From the NCBI GenBank assembly GCA_026936335.1, contig JAPMXV010000029.1, positions 558,001 through 622,000 on the forward strand: a stretch of DNA of 64,000 nt, written 5' to 3'. This document shows, piece after piece, positions 21,181-34,430 of this stretch. The first letter of the stretch is position 1. The number at the start of each line of letters is the position of its first letter. Below the pieces are notes generated by a model. That model was not told the origin of the DNA. It made no database searches and worked only from the letters and a program-made list of their open reading frames with translations. This stretch comes from Mantamonas sphyraenae STR306 (taxonomy: Eukaryota; Protista; CRuMs). The position numbers and the translations under genes were made by a program.

Positions 21181-23761
21181 ATGCGCTCAGGGCCCGGGGT
21201 CTTTCTCCGCTCGAGCATACAGCCGCGGCAGGAGCTGGCGGTGAGCAGGCGGACGCTGCACAGCTCGCGCACAGCGCGCAAGGAGAGCAGCGAAGGAGCA
21301 AAGGGCGGCGCAGGGAAGGACGGAGAACAATCGAGAGAGGCCATTGAGCAGCAGATCATGAAATTGCTGAAGGAACGGGCGGTAAGGGGCGGCTCTTGTG
21401 TTTTGCGAGTGGGAGCCGGAAGGAGCGCTGTCCCCCTCTCTGTCCCACACTCACACTCATCCATACACACAGCGACAAGCACGAGAAGCGAGCCGGCAAG
21501 CGGGACAAAAGGGCAGTGGAGGTGGCGGTGGGGGAGGCACTCAGCTGGGCAAGGTTGGGCCGATTCTGCTGGGCGTGGGCTTGTTCATGGCAGCAAGCGC
21601 GCTGTTGTCTCCGGACGCCTCCAAGACGGAAGAGATCACGTATCAGGAGTTCCAGGGCAGGTTGCTGCCCACGGGCAAGGTGCAGTATGTGACGGTGACC
21701 AACAACAATCGGGTCAATGTGTACTTGTACCCGGGAACGTACGTGGAGGGAGTACGCACGACACGCACCCCGCGCATGGATAGCAGCAGCAGCAGCAGCA
21801 GCAGCAACGGCGCAGGAGACGACGGTGCAGGCAGCGATGGAGGACATGGCTCGCTGGACAGTGCACGGTCGTACAGCAGCAGCAGCAACAGCAGCAACGG
21901 GGACGGGAACACAGAGGAGAACGGAGGCGAAGCAGGGACGTCGAGGCGTCCGGCCGAACTGCGCTCCGTGATTGGAGCCAATTTGGCGTTGGACAGCAAC
22001 ACAGAACGCACACCGGACTACCACTTTTCCGTTGGCACCTCAGAGCTGTTTGAGCGCAAGTTGGACAGTGCACAACGAGCCCTCGGCATCCCGACCAAGG
22101 AATGGGTGCCCGTGTCGTACATCAACGAACGGCCGTGGTCGCATGACTTGATGATGATTGCACCTACGCTGCTGCTGATTGGCGCCATCGTGTTTATTGG
22201 CCGCCGTGCAGCTGGCGGGCCGGGCGGACCGGGAGGTGGCATTTTCAACGTGGGCAAGAGCAAGGCGGTGATTGTGAACAGCGACAAGAATGTCAAAGTG
22301 ACATTCAAGGACGTGGCTGGCTTGCACGAGTCCAAGCGAGAAATCACGGAGTTTGTAAGCTTCCTGAAGGACCCAAGCAAGTACACACGCCTTGGGGCCA
22401 AGGCACCCAAGGGGGCCATTCTGCTGGGACCACCAGGCACAGGCAAAACCTTGTTGGCGAAAGCAACGGCAGGAGAGGCATCTGTACCCTTTCTGAGCAT
22501 CTCGGGCTCGGATTTCATGGAAATGTTTGTGGGCGTTGGGCCTGCGCGTGTGCGCGACCTGTTTGCAAAGGCACGGGAAATGTCGCCGTGCATTGTGTTT
22601 ATCGACGAAATTGACGCGATTGGACGTGCTCGTGGGCGTGGAGGCATGATGGGAGGCAACGACGAGCGCGAGAACACGCTGAACCAACTGCTCACGGAGA
22701 TGGACGGGTTTGGGTCTGACGCAGGCGTGGTCGTCATGGCAAGCACAAACAGACCGGATATTTTGGACCCAGCACTGCTGCGACCTGGCCGCTTTGACCG
22801 CAAGATCGAAATTGGCAAGCCGGACATCCGCGGCCGCACCGAGATCTTTGGCGTGCACATGCGGCCGCTGAAGCTGGAAACAGAAGCCGAAGCGCTGTCA
22901 CGTAAGCTGGCCGCCCTGACGCCGGGCTTCTCTGGTGCGGACATTGCCAACGTGTGCAACGAGGCTGCGTTGGTTGCTGCACGCGCAAAGAAAGAGCGCA
23001 TCAACCTGCAGGACTTTCGGGATGCCATCGACCGGGTAATCGGAGGCATGGAGAAGAAGAGCAAGGTGATTTCGCCAAGCGAGAAAAAGACAATTGCGTA
23101 CCACGAGGCAGGACACGCGCTGTGCGGGTGGTTCCTGGAGCACGCCGACCCGCTGCTGAAGGTTTCGATCATCCCGCGTGGCTCTGCGGCGCTGGGCTAC
23201 GCACAGTACCTGCCCAAAGAACAGTTTCTGCAATCGCGCGAGGAACTGTTTGACCGCATGTGCATGCTGCTGGGTGGGCGTGTGGCCGAGTCGCTCGTGT
23301 TTGAGAGCGTCTCGACGGGCGCGCAGGACGATCTGCAGAAAATTACGAATCTGGCGTATGGCCAGGTGACCCTGTATGGCATGAACGACGCCGTGGGCCA
23401 GATTTCGTTTCCGCCGCGACAGGAGGGCGACATGAATGGGGAAAAGCCGTACAGCGAAGAGACGGCGCAGCTGATCGATGAGGAGGTGCGCAAGCTGGTG
23501 CAGAGTGCAGAGCAGGCCACACGCAGGCTGTTGAGCGAAAAGAAGGACAAGTTGGAGGAACTGGCCACGATTCTGTTGGAGAAAGAGGTGCTCCTGGCCG
23601 AAGATTTGGTCAGCGTGCTCGGTCCGCGTCCATTCGAGAGCAAGCACCCAGAGTGGGACAGGTATGTGGAGAGTCTAGAGGGGGCTGACGAGACGCTGTC
23701 GCCAGCAGACGGCGTGGAAGACGCCGAGGTTGTGGATGGGAAAGATGAAGAGGCGAAATGA
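21181..23761 (+). CDS. AFG3: Mitochondrial m-AAA protease (AFG3/paraplegin FtsH family)
   Basis: Presequence-like N-terminus; [27 protein letters not shown]; intron ~21382-21471. Confidence 0.93.
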
Positions 23762-23787
23762 AGACTTCAAGGCAAGGCAATGTGCGT

Positions 23788-25874
23788 TTACTGGAGCTTG
23801 GACTTCTCCATGTCGATGTCAAAGGCGACCGGGGCGCTCTCGATGTTGCACTCATCGGTGCCACGCTTGATCTTGAAGAAGCCGTCGTCGCCAAAGTTCT
23901 TGCCCCACGAGTTCTGAATCTTCCAGTACTTCTGGCCGTTCTCCACGCCGTAGCCGACGATGGCGATGGTGTGGCTGGTGGGCTCCCACGGGTGGACGTC
24001 CACGTCGGCGTCGTCGACACCCATGACGTTGTTAAAGTCGACGTGGGAGTAGACACCGGTGCGGTAGTGCATGAGGTCGCTGTGGACCTTGAAGCCAGCT
24101 GTGATGGGACCGTTCTTGTAGATCTCCTTCATCATGTTCTTCTCGTTGCTGCCGCCAAAGAAGCCGCCGACGAAGCGGTGCTGCTTGACCTTGAGCTTGA
24201 GGGCCGGGTTGGAGCAGACGGCGTCGCACTTGCCCGTGTGAGCCTTGTACGGGGCGCACTTGGCGTCCACGAGGTGGTAGTCCTTGGCAAACTTGCCGAC
24301 GAGGAAGGAGAAGCCTCCGTCGCAGCCCTGGGCGTACGGGTTGCAGCTCAGCGCCTGCTGGACGGAAAGGGTGGGCTTGACCTGGTTCTTGGTGGCGATG
24401 CGAGCGCGGGCCTCCAGGGCAGACATGGTGGCAAAGGTGTAGCAGCCACCGCAGCTGGACTGCTGCTTGACATCGCCAAGGTAGTTGACACCGTTGACGT
24501 TGCTCCAGTCCCACTCGGCGGGCACGTTGTCGTCGTCCGAGTCAGACACCTCCTCGGCGTTGTTGCTGGCCTGCTCCTTGAGCATCTCCACCTGCTTGCC
24601 GTACGTGTTGGGGTCCTTGATGTCCGAACCAGCCATCTTGCGCAGCTCAGCCACCGTGTACATCTCCCACTCGGGGTACTGAGTGGCGGTCCACGAGTTC
24701 TGGGCCTTGTTCAGCAGCTGCACGAAGCGTTCGCTGTTCTTGAACTGCACCTCACCCTGTGGAGACAAGGAAAACGCAACCGGGAAGCAGCGAGTGTGAG
24801 TGGTTGGTGAGACTGATGGGGCAGGGAGGCGTGGGGGCGGGGGGAAAAGGGATTGCGGGGAGAAGTCGAATCGCCACGCTGGGTCCGTTACGTACAGCAG
24901 CCTCGTCTTCCATATCCTCGATCTCATCGGCAGCCTCATCGCCAAACTCGTACTCCTCGTCGAGCAGGTCGTCCTCGGCAGAGGAGTCGTGCTGTGTATG
25001 TGTGTTTGTGTCAGGTGAGGGAAGCAAACGTGCGCGGCGGCCAGAAAAAGGCCCTCTTCCAGCAAGGTCGAGAGAAAAAAAAAACGAGGACTCACCACAT
25101 CGTCGGCCTCGTTCTCGCCAGAGAGCATGGTCTCCTGCTCGGGAGTAGAGTCCACCACGTAGTCGTCGGCGCTGGTGATCTTGCCCAGCTTCTCGGCATG
25201 GTAGCAGCCTGCGGAAGAGCACGAAAACGGCGGTCCAAGTGTCAGGGCGGGGGCAATTTCGAGGGGGCGGAAAAGGGGGCAACAAGCACTCGGCGCGGCT
25301 TGCAGGGAGATAGAGGCATGGAAATGGATATGCAACGGGATGGAAGGGTAGGCGGAGGGTGTCGGGGGAGGTGGAGATGGGCAGGCGTGTGACACGTACC
25401 CCAGTTGGCGTTCTCGGCGTCGTGGAAGGTGGCGAGGTACTTGTGGCTGAGATGGCAGTGGCTGATGGTCTGCTCCTTCTTGAGGAGCTCGCCCTCCTTG
25501 TTGAAGATGCCGAGCTTGCTCTGGGTCTCGACACCGGCCTTGGGCTGCCACTGGAAGTAGTGGAACATGGTGACGGGGGACTTCTGACCCTTGAGGCCAG
25601 AGTTGAGCGTGATTTCCGCGCCCTCGTCGTTCACGATGGTAAAGGTGCCCACCTGCTTGCCCGAGGCATCTTTCACGATGTTCGGGCGTGCGAGCTCCAC
25701 CTGGACCACCTGATCGGGCTCGAATTCGCCGCACACCTTGATCTTGTTCTCCTGCGTCTTGCTCAGGGACAGCTTCCACTGGCCGGTCACCTGGTTGTAC
25801 AGACAGTGCACAGGCACGTCGGCAATGGTCATTGCCACACAGCAGATCAGCAGCACGGCCACAATCTTCTGCAT
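23788..25874 (-). CDS. CTSC: Cathepsin C / dipeptidyl peptidase I (multi-exon)
   Basis: Signal peptide, DVPVHCLY exclusion domain, QQSSCGGCYTFA, SHTIAIVGYG, IQNSWG. Confidence 0.9.
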
Positions 25875-25932
25875 TGTTGACGAAATGGTTTGTGTGGCGG
25901 GCGCAGCGCGGGCGAAGCCAGACCTGAAAGCA

Positions 25933-28900
25933 ATGGACTCGCTGAGTTTGGAGCTGCCTGTGGACGGGCCAGAAAGCCCACGGGGAGGTAGCACGCATGA
26001 AAGACGGCGCAGTTTGATGCAGCAGATGCGTAGGCACTCGATGGCGTCGTCGACAGGGTCGCCTGTGCAGGAGAACAGCAGCGTGGAGTTTGTCACCAAT
26101 CTCTGTGTGTGTTGCGACCAGTGGTTCACACACTATCGTGGCCAGTCCATCCGGCTGGAGTGCCAAGCGGAGCCACTGGACCGCTGGTTCTGGGGCGCGG
26201 CGTACGCGTTCCGCAACGACATGAGCTGGCCGCTGGTGCAGGAGCACCTAAAGACAACCAAGCACGTCGGACTGTTTGCCTCGGGTGGTGAGGAGAACAA
26301 AGAGAGCGCAGACGCAAGGTCGGTGTGAAGAAGAGTACCCGGGAGGGAGGAGGAGGCGAACACGCAGCTCACACGCGCACGCTTGCGGACACACAGCTGG
26401 CGCACGTCGCTGTCAAAGGATGACTTCCAGGCTGCCCGGGAAATGCTCAACAGCAGTGAGGCGTACCGGAGTGTAAAGCGAGTGGTGAGCGAGGGAGGGA
26501 CACCCACGACGATGACAACCGCAACGCAACGACTCGGAGCACTCCGCGTCGCAACGAGTCCATGCAAGCGTTCACGCCGGACAAGTCGGCCAGCAAGGTG
26601 CGAGACATACGCGCACTTCTCAAGCGCATGGATTCGCCCGGGGGAGGACAGCAGCAGGAGCAGCAGCGGGAGTCGGAGGAGGACCGCGGCGAGGTGCGTC
26701 TTCAGCTTGGCCAGTCGTCGTCGTCATGGAGTCCAGCAGCCACGGCCACGACGTCGACATCGACAGGGCACACACCCTCACGAGCAGAAAACACAGGGCG
26801 GACGCCGATGCAGGAAAGGAGGCGTCGCGAGGAGCAGTATGCGCAAAGCAAGTCGTTGCAACAAGCGCTGGCGAGGCTGAAGCTGGGCGCGACGACGAGC
26901 ACGTCGGGCTCGAGCCACGCGGGAGGCAGCCAAGCCAGCATGTTGGAGCAACTGAAACAGGTGACGGACGAGGAGCATGCGTACGTAGCACAGCAGCTGT
27001 TGCAGGCATATCAAGAGCAAACGGAGCGAGCACTGGAAGCATACCGCAGCGACACGGTGGCAGCGATGCAGGAGCTTGTCACACAGAACGAAGGGATGGG
27101 ACGCAGCGTGCAAGGCCTCCAGTCGCAGGTGCAGGCGTTGGAGATGCAGAACAAGCAGCTGCGAAGTGAACTGAGTGGGGCGGTGCAGGCGCTGGGACGT
27201 GTGGATGCACAGGGCAAGGAGATGGGCAGGAAGGTGGTGAAGCAAAGCGACGTGGAAAGCCTAAGGGCTGTGTTGGAAAAGGTGAGCTCGTCTGTGGAGG
27301 AGCAACAGCGGACTTTCCACGTGGAGATGGCCACGCTGAAGGACGAAGCGACGCAGCTGCGTTCGCAAGTGGGCAAGAACAACGTGGAAGTGTCCAACTT
27401 CAATTCGCAGATGAGTAGCATGCAGGATGCTCACCAGAAACTCAAGGCGATGCTGGGTAGCGACGAGAATGAGAAGAAAGGGCAGGCAGAGATTGTGTAC
27501 CGGCTGGGGCGGGACGTGAAGGAGCTGCAGGGCAGCGTGCACGAGATGCGTCGGCTGCTGGCGGATAGCCATACATCGGGACACCAAAGCAGCCAGAGTG
27601 GACACACGCAGCAGTTGGAGGCGTTGGGCAACGAGGTAAAGACGGCAAGGATCCAGCGGGAGCAGCTTCAGCGGAGTGTGGAAAACATGCAGAGCAGCCT
27701 GGCTCGTGTGCAGCAGCAACACGACACGGTGATGCACGAGTACACCCTGTCCACCAAGACGGTGGAGCAGCTGGCGGTCGACATGGAGGTGGCCAACAGG
27801 ACCCAGAACGACCTGCGCAGCCGCATGACGTATGTGTCGTCCAACGTGGACTCTCTGCAGGCAGACGTGAACATGGTGAAGGAACAGAACGCGTCGTGGC
27901 AGGTGGAAATCGACCGGAGCGTGCAGAACTGTGAACGACTGCGTGCGCAGGTGGAGAAGCTGGACGAGGCGCACACGGCACACGAAACCAAGCAATACGC
28001 AGTGGAGGAGGCGTTTGAGCAGGTGGAACGCGACGTGGCATTGGCTTTAGAAGACAGGACCCGTCTGCGTGTGGAATTGGCCAAGGTGCGGCAGCAGGTG
28101 GAGGTGATGGAGCCAAGGCTGGTGAGCAGCGAAGAACGGGCAAGGATGAAGAGGATGGGGGAGGCAGTACGTGAAGCTCAGGCGCAGTTGGAAGGGATGG
28201 AACAGCGGGTGGAGGCGGTGGAGGATGTGAGGCGGCAGCTGGAGGAGCAGCAGCGTGCGGAAAGGGAAGCCGAAACGATGCGAGAAAGCTTGGATGCAGT
28301 GCGGATGGAGTTGGAGAGGGTGCAGAACGAGATGGGGCGTGTGAAGCAGCTGGAAAGCAAAGTGGGGGATTTGCACACGCGAGTGGTGTTTGCAGAGCAG
28401 CAGCCCGAGGCGATGCAGCGGCTGCAGGAGCTTGTGGAGGCGGTGCAGGTGCATGGCCAGGGCAACGAAGCAGCCCTGGGCAAGCTGGCTCACGCAGTGG
28501 CACTGGCGAAGGAACATGGAAACAAAGTGGACAAAAAGCTGGAGCACATGGTGGCTGTGGACAAGCATGTGCTTGCGCTGAGCGAAGAGGTGCAAAAGCT
28601 GGAGAGTGTGGAAGGGGCGGTGCGGCGTGTGAAGGAGGACATGGTGCAGTGCAGGCGAGAAACAGCAGAAAGCAGCAACAAGGTGCGTGACATGTTTGCA
28701 GCACTCGGAGTTACGGGAGCTCAGGTGGAAAAGATGGCAGGAGACTTGGAGAAGCTGCGGATGCTGCCGCCGCGCATGGCAGCGTTGGCACAATCGTGGG
28801 AGTCGATCAAACACAGGTGGGAGACCTCGTTGATGGACAGGGAGAAAGCGGACCAAATGGTGCATCTGGAACTGAAACAGATGGAGGGACGGGTGCAGGA

Positions 28901-29429
28901 AGTTGTGGGAGCGACCAAGGCTGCAGCGAAGGACCGAGGAACAATCCGGGACGAGATGGAAAAGTATCGAACGATTCGGGAGCAGTTTATGGATGTGAAG
29001 GGCGAGTTTACGCAGCTGGTATCGCAGCAGGATCTGATGCGTGAGGAGCTGCAGACTTGGACGGATGGAAGACTGGACGAGGTGTTTGACGTGCTGGATC
29101 CGGTGAAGGAAACGGTGAACAATCTGCGAGACGCAAGCATGACGATGCAAAAGGACATGGCAATGATGCGACAGCAGGTGGGGCGGGCAGAGAGGCGAGG
29201 ATCGATGTCTCCGGGCAGCGGATCGTCGGCGGATCTTTTCAGCAGCAAGCAGCTGAGCAGGCTGAGCGAAGAGGTGCGGGAGTTGGATGGGCGCGTGTCT
29301 GGAGTAGAGGGGCAGCTGAGACACCACGAACAGGTTCACCAGACCATGCAGATGCTGAACGCAGCCATGGACGAGAGCATCGAGGAGCTGCGAGCCAAGC
29401 TTGATGGCAACCAGTCTGACAGTGGGTGA
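25933..29429 (+). CDS. Long coiled-coil hypothetical protein (multi-exon; N-terminal Cys/His motif)
   Basis: 955-aa heptad-rich ORF 26562..29429; upstream exons with LCVCCDQW...EHLKTTKH. Confidence 0.65.
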
Positions 29430-29650
29430 AAGGTGACCACGCAATTTCAAGATGCTGTGGGTGTGGGAGAAGTCGACCATGTGGGAAACACGGCACAGAG
29501 GGAAGAGAGAAGAGAGTGGGAGGGAGGAGCCGACGGAAAGAAACGAGTTTCTTTGTTTTTGTTTCAGAGAAACGCACGCCGCACGGGCCACATGGCTGGA
29601 GAAGAGGCGTTGGCGGGTGGAACTGCCCGAGTGGAAAGGAGCACGAATCA

Positions 29651-29947
29651 TTATTCGAAGGTCACCTTGCTCTTGTAAAAGGCGTAGTACCCCTTGATGT
29701 TGGCAGCGCCAGACTTGGGGTCGGCATAGTGCCACACAGCGTTCTTCAGGGTCTCGCCGTCAACCTCGATGTTGTTGTAGTTGGCAGTGCCCTTCCAACC
29801 GCACACGGTGGTCAGATCGGAATCGGAAAAGAATTCCGTCTTGACATCTTCCGGCGGAAAGTAGTGGTTGCCCTCAACGACCTCAGTGTTGGAGGATTCT
29901 GCGATGACGGTGTCACCCACCTTGACGGTCACAGTGTTGCTGCTCAT
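29651..29947 (-). CDS. DUF427 family protein
   Basis: VIAES..VVEGNHYFPPEDV, TTVCGWKGTANY, NAVWHY..PK..A..IKGYYAFY. Confidence 0.9.
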   Translation of the reverse strand: MSSNTVTVKVGDTVIAESSNTEVVEGNHYFPPEDVKTEFFSDSDLTTVCGWKGTANYNNIEVDGETLKNAVWHYADPKSGAANIKGYYAFYKSKVTFE

Positions 29948-30132
29948 TGCGTTCTGGGTTCTGTCCGGGAGAGTGGTTTGGCTTTGTGGTGGCCTGGACG
30001 GAGGAACCGAGGACAGGACGGAGATGATGATGAATGTCGCAGCAAGCGTCACACTTCCCTTCCCCCTCCCCACCACTGAATATTTAAACACATGCTGGAA
30101 CGGCGTCTGCGCGTGTTGGTCCAGTCGAACGG

Positions 30133-33100
30133 ATGCAGGAGGAGCTGGCTGAGCTGCTGGCAGAGTTCAACGGACCGCGGCTGCGCTCAGGGAGGCGGAA
30201 GGAGATTGGAGACATACTGGACGAGTTCCGTGGCAGCAAGGATGCAGTGAGCCAGAGTCTGTCCTTGCTAAGCGATTCGGAGGACGAACTGGTGCAATGG
30301 TTCGCTTTGGACACGCTGGAACACCAGGTTGCCAGCAACCAGACACTACGGGACGAGGAAATCCAGGATATCTTGGAGCGGGTCATGGATGACCTGCTGA
30401 ACAGTGTATGTGTGAACAGACCCCCCCAGCACTGTGCGCAAGCGTGCCTGCACACGGGCTGTGGGGCACCGTCTCCCGCGCGCGCCAGATCACACGCACT
30501 CACGCTTTCAACCCGCCTCACGCTGCACAGAGCTACACCAGCATGGTGTTCACCAAAATGGTCTCACTGGCGGTGTTTATTGGCAAGCTGCAGTGGCCGG
30601 AGAAAATGCCCGGGTACCTGCAGGGGATCCTGTCGCTGCTTGACGTGCGTTGCGAAGCGTTGACGGATTTCTTGGCGCGCGACACAGGCACCCACGCATC
30701 TCTTTCCCTCTCTTTCCTCTCACTCACTCAATCACACACGCGTATCCCCACAGGAGGACGAGAGTACACTGGTGGGATTGCATATGCTCAAGGCCACCGT
30801 GGAGGAATTTGGGTCGCAACGCGAAGACGTGGACGCCGGGCAGCTGGCACTTCTTCGCAGCGAGTTTGAAGGCAATCTGAAGGATGTGGTAGGGTCTCTG
30901 TGCGCCCTGTTGCAGAGCGTGTACATAGAGTGTGCGTACGCACGGGATGCAAGGGGCAGGCATCACGAGCCGTCCGTGGACGAGGAGTCGTGCATCACTT
31001 ACGTGACAGCAGACCATCTGGACGCTAGTGAGCTGGAATATCTGATCGAAATCGACGACGATGCCACTTCGGTGGCTACTCTCTGCTTGGAGAGCCTCAT
31101 GGCCCTGTTTGCATGGTTTTCGCCCGTGCAACTGGTGACACCGAGGTTGCTGGACTTGCTGTTCAAGCTGATGCTGCTGCAGGAACACCCATTGTCGGTG
31201 GAGCATTCCGCACCGCGAACGAAATGCTGAGCAAGAATTACATGCCGCAGGAGTTTTACGAGTTTGTGACGCAGGTGTTTGACCAGGTGTGCCTCTTGTT
31301 GTCGTTGTTGCTCGATGACGAACGGCTACAGCACACAGAGGACAGCTATCTGGAGAACTTCACCAACTTTGTGTCGCTGTTTGTGAGCAACCACCTGCAT
31401 CGCATCCAGAACAACGACGAACTGCCCATCGGACGCTTCCTGGAGTTGTTCTTCACGTACACCTTCAACCAGCCGGCGTTGGACGACTTTGTGACGTGCA
31501 TGGGCGCATGGCGCGACTTTTTGCAATTTCTACACCTGCGGCAGGAGAAGCTGGTGGCTGCGGTGGCGCGTGGGCAAGACGACTCGCTGGGAGGGGCGCA
31601 CGGCGACCAGAGCGAGGTGGATCGGATCTACGACCGCTACGAAGACGGGTTGGACCAACTCATCGACGTGGTCCTGGCCAAGGTGCAGTTCAGCGAGGCA
31701 GAGGCCGGAGTGTTAGAGGAGCTGCTAGAGTCTGGAGAGCTGGAGGAGCTGTACGACGTGTGTGCCGAGGTGCTTCTGGATTTGGCGCAGCTGCATCCGG
31801 CTCGAGTGATGGAAAAGGTGGGTGCACAGCTGGACGATGAGATGAAGACGATGGCAAAAGTCGACGGGGTGACCAGCCACACGGAGGTGCTGTACGACAC
31901 CGCGTTTGGGGTGCGTGTGTGTGGCGGATTGGCGGTGCACATCATGGAGGAGCCGTTCCTGGACCAGTTTGAGGCGGTGTACTCGCTGCTGATGGATATG
32001 ATGGACATGGTGCGCTTTTGCATGGATGAGGTGGAGGAGGAAGCGGTGGCGCGTCTGTGTGCAGAGACGCTGGGCACTTTGCGAGCTTTTCACGTGTGGA
32101 TGGTCAGCTACGAGACGTTGACACGTCCTGTGGACGACGAGGCGGGCGAGGAGGCTGTATTGGACGCTGAACAGTTTGACGACATGATGCAGTCGATGAC
32201 AGAGGTATGCTTCCGCCTGGTGGAGGGGGGAGGGGAGGGGAGTGTGGTCAGCGTGGCCGCGGCTCAACTGTTGGCCACCTTGGCCAAGCAGGTGCGTCCC
32301 ATGTGCTTGTTGGACATGCTGGTGGAGTTTGTGGAGGAGTCCAGCGTGCGTGACCTGTCTGCAGATATCAACAGTGAGACCCGTCGTCTGGTGTACGTGA
32401 GCGTGGCCCATGCGCTGATGCAGCCGTATCACAACGCAAGCGAGGAGCAGCAGCTGTGGGAAGATCGGCGGGAAGTGCTGCATGTTGTGTTTGGATCGCT
32501 GGTGGACCAGGTGCAAGAGGCGGAAACGCCCGAGTGGCTGGGTGTGTTGAGTGCGGTCACGCGGGAGATGTGGGACGGGAACAAGAACGGCAAGGAGATG
32601 TGGTACGGGTGCGTGAAGAAGCTGCTACCGGTGGCAATGAGTTTGTTTCGCTCGAGCGTCGATGATCCGCCCATGCTGTTTGCCGTGGTGGAGTGTGTTG
32701 CGGTGCTGTTCGAGTCGATGAGTGCGTTGCTGCCAACGGAGCAGGTGGAGATGACAGTGCGCACGTTTCTCGGAGTGTTTCACGACGACGCGATGAACAA
32801 GGTGTATACGGCGTCGGACAACACGAGTGTGGGTGTGGTGAGCACCTTTCTCAGCATGCTGCGGTCGCTGGTGCACTTGGGTACGTTTACGACGTCGACC
32901 GTGAGTCTGCTGTCGGATCGGCTGCTGCCCATGCTGTACGAGGACACTCTGACGCAGGCAGTGAGCCTGGAGTTGTACTCTCTGGTGTACACGCTGGTGC
33001 TGGAGCAGTGGCAAGTGTTGCACGGGGAGGAGGAAGTGTTGGTCGAGCTGCTGGGCGCGCTGATGCACCCGTTGGCACACAGTGACATTGAGCCGCTGCG

Positions 33101-33458
33101 TTGTTGCATCCATTGGATGGAGGAGCTCAACAGAAAACGGCGATTGTTTGACTCGGAGGTGTTCAAGGACCGGATTGCGTATCGGTTGCTGAGGGAGCTG
33201 ATGGTGGTGCTTCTGAAAAAGACACACAATCTGCTGCGGGAGGAAATCATCAATATGGTGTACAACGTGGCGTGCGTGGACTTTGAGTGGTTCTACACCG
33301 ACTTCATCCCGGATCTGGTGCTCGGGACGCTTGCGATGCCGGACGAGACTGGCGAGTGGTTGATGGACTCGCTGGGCGAGAACACAGACTCTCCCACGTT
33401 TTGCGCACACATCAACGACATGGTGATCAATTATCAGGCTGTGATGCGTGGTATGTGA
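30133..33458 (+). CDS. XPO6: Exportin-6-like karyopherin (multi-exon; apparent frameshift at ~31200)
   Basis: QWFALDTLE, FIGKLQWPE, NEMLSKNY, FLELFFTYTFNQP, THNLLREEIINMVYNVACVDFEWFY. Confidence 0.78.
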
Positions 33459-34286
33459 CGGAGGTGGAGGTGCGCGGGTTGCCTTCCTCGTAAAACGCTT
33501 GCAGCAATTCGATGGCCTCCGTTTCGAAGAGGCCCTTGCGCACCGTGTAGCCGCATTCAATGCCTTGATCACAGACACACAGGTAGCCCTGCTCTGCCCG
33601 GTCCTTCTTGGCGCTCTGTGGCGAGGTTTTGTGGTTTTCGTTTCGACACTTCTCTGTGTGCACGTCGAGAACACCTCCACTGCCGCCGAAGCGTGGGTTG
33701 CTGCACCCGTACACGACATGACCGATGCCTGGGGAGGGAATGGATGGAGGTGTGTGAGCGGCGAGGTTCCTTCTGGGACGCGGAAGGCTGAGATGACGAG
33801 ACGGGACGTACGCATGAGCCACAAAGCTCCTGAACACATGATGCAAGGCTCGACTGTAACGTATAGGGTGCACTCTTGCATGAAAGCCGTTGTGTCTTGG
33901 ATTCCGTTGCTTGCACAGTGTGCCAACACCTTGTCGATGGCCTCAAACTCTGCGTGGCGCGTGGCCTGGTCGTTCGTCGGTGTGTCAGCACCCCGCCCTT
34001 CCTTCCATGTCCATCTCTCTCCTTCGTGCATAGGGTGCCATGTCTCCTTGCTTGCATCACTCACGTTGCGTTTGATGTTGGTGCGGTTTGATCCTGTGGC
34101 CACCACGAGGTTTGTGGGCGTGTGGACGATCACACAGCCGACGGGCACCTCTTCCAGCGCCAGTGCTTCTTTGCCTTCCTCCAGTGCCATTGCCATGTAT
34201 GTGACGTCTAGCTCGGACCATTTGACGTCCGAGGGAGACTCCATGTCCGAAGAGGAAGAGGAGGATGAGGAGCTTTCTGTTTGCAT
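33427..34286 (-). CDS. ADAT2: tRNA adenosine-34 deaminase subunit ADAT2/TAD2 (multi-exon)
   Basis: EVPVGCVIV, ATRHAEFEAID, LYVTVEPCIMC, YGCSNPRFGG. Confidence 0.9.
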
Positions 34287-34430
34287 CTGGGATGGGGTTG
34301 TCGCAGACGGCGCGACAGCAAGAGCAAGGGCTCAAGAAGGTGGGACAGAAGGGGAAGGGAAGCACGTTGTCATGTGTGGGTCATGTGTGGGTCATGTGTG
34401 GGTGGGGAGAACAGCGTCGGTTTGTTTCGA

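Noticed and set aside
23758-24810. 350-aa + strand ORF
   Set aside because: Antisense shadow of the GC3-rich cathepsin C CDS
32625-33426. Long C-terminal extension of the ADAT2 ORF
   Set aside because: Unspliced read-through antisense to XPO6; the spliced ADAT2 frame ends at 33427
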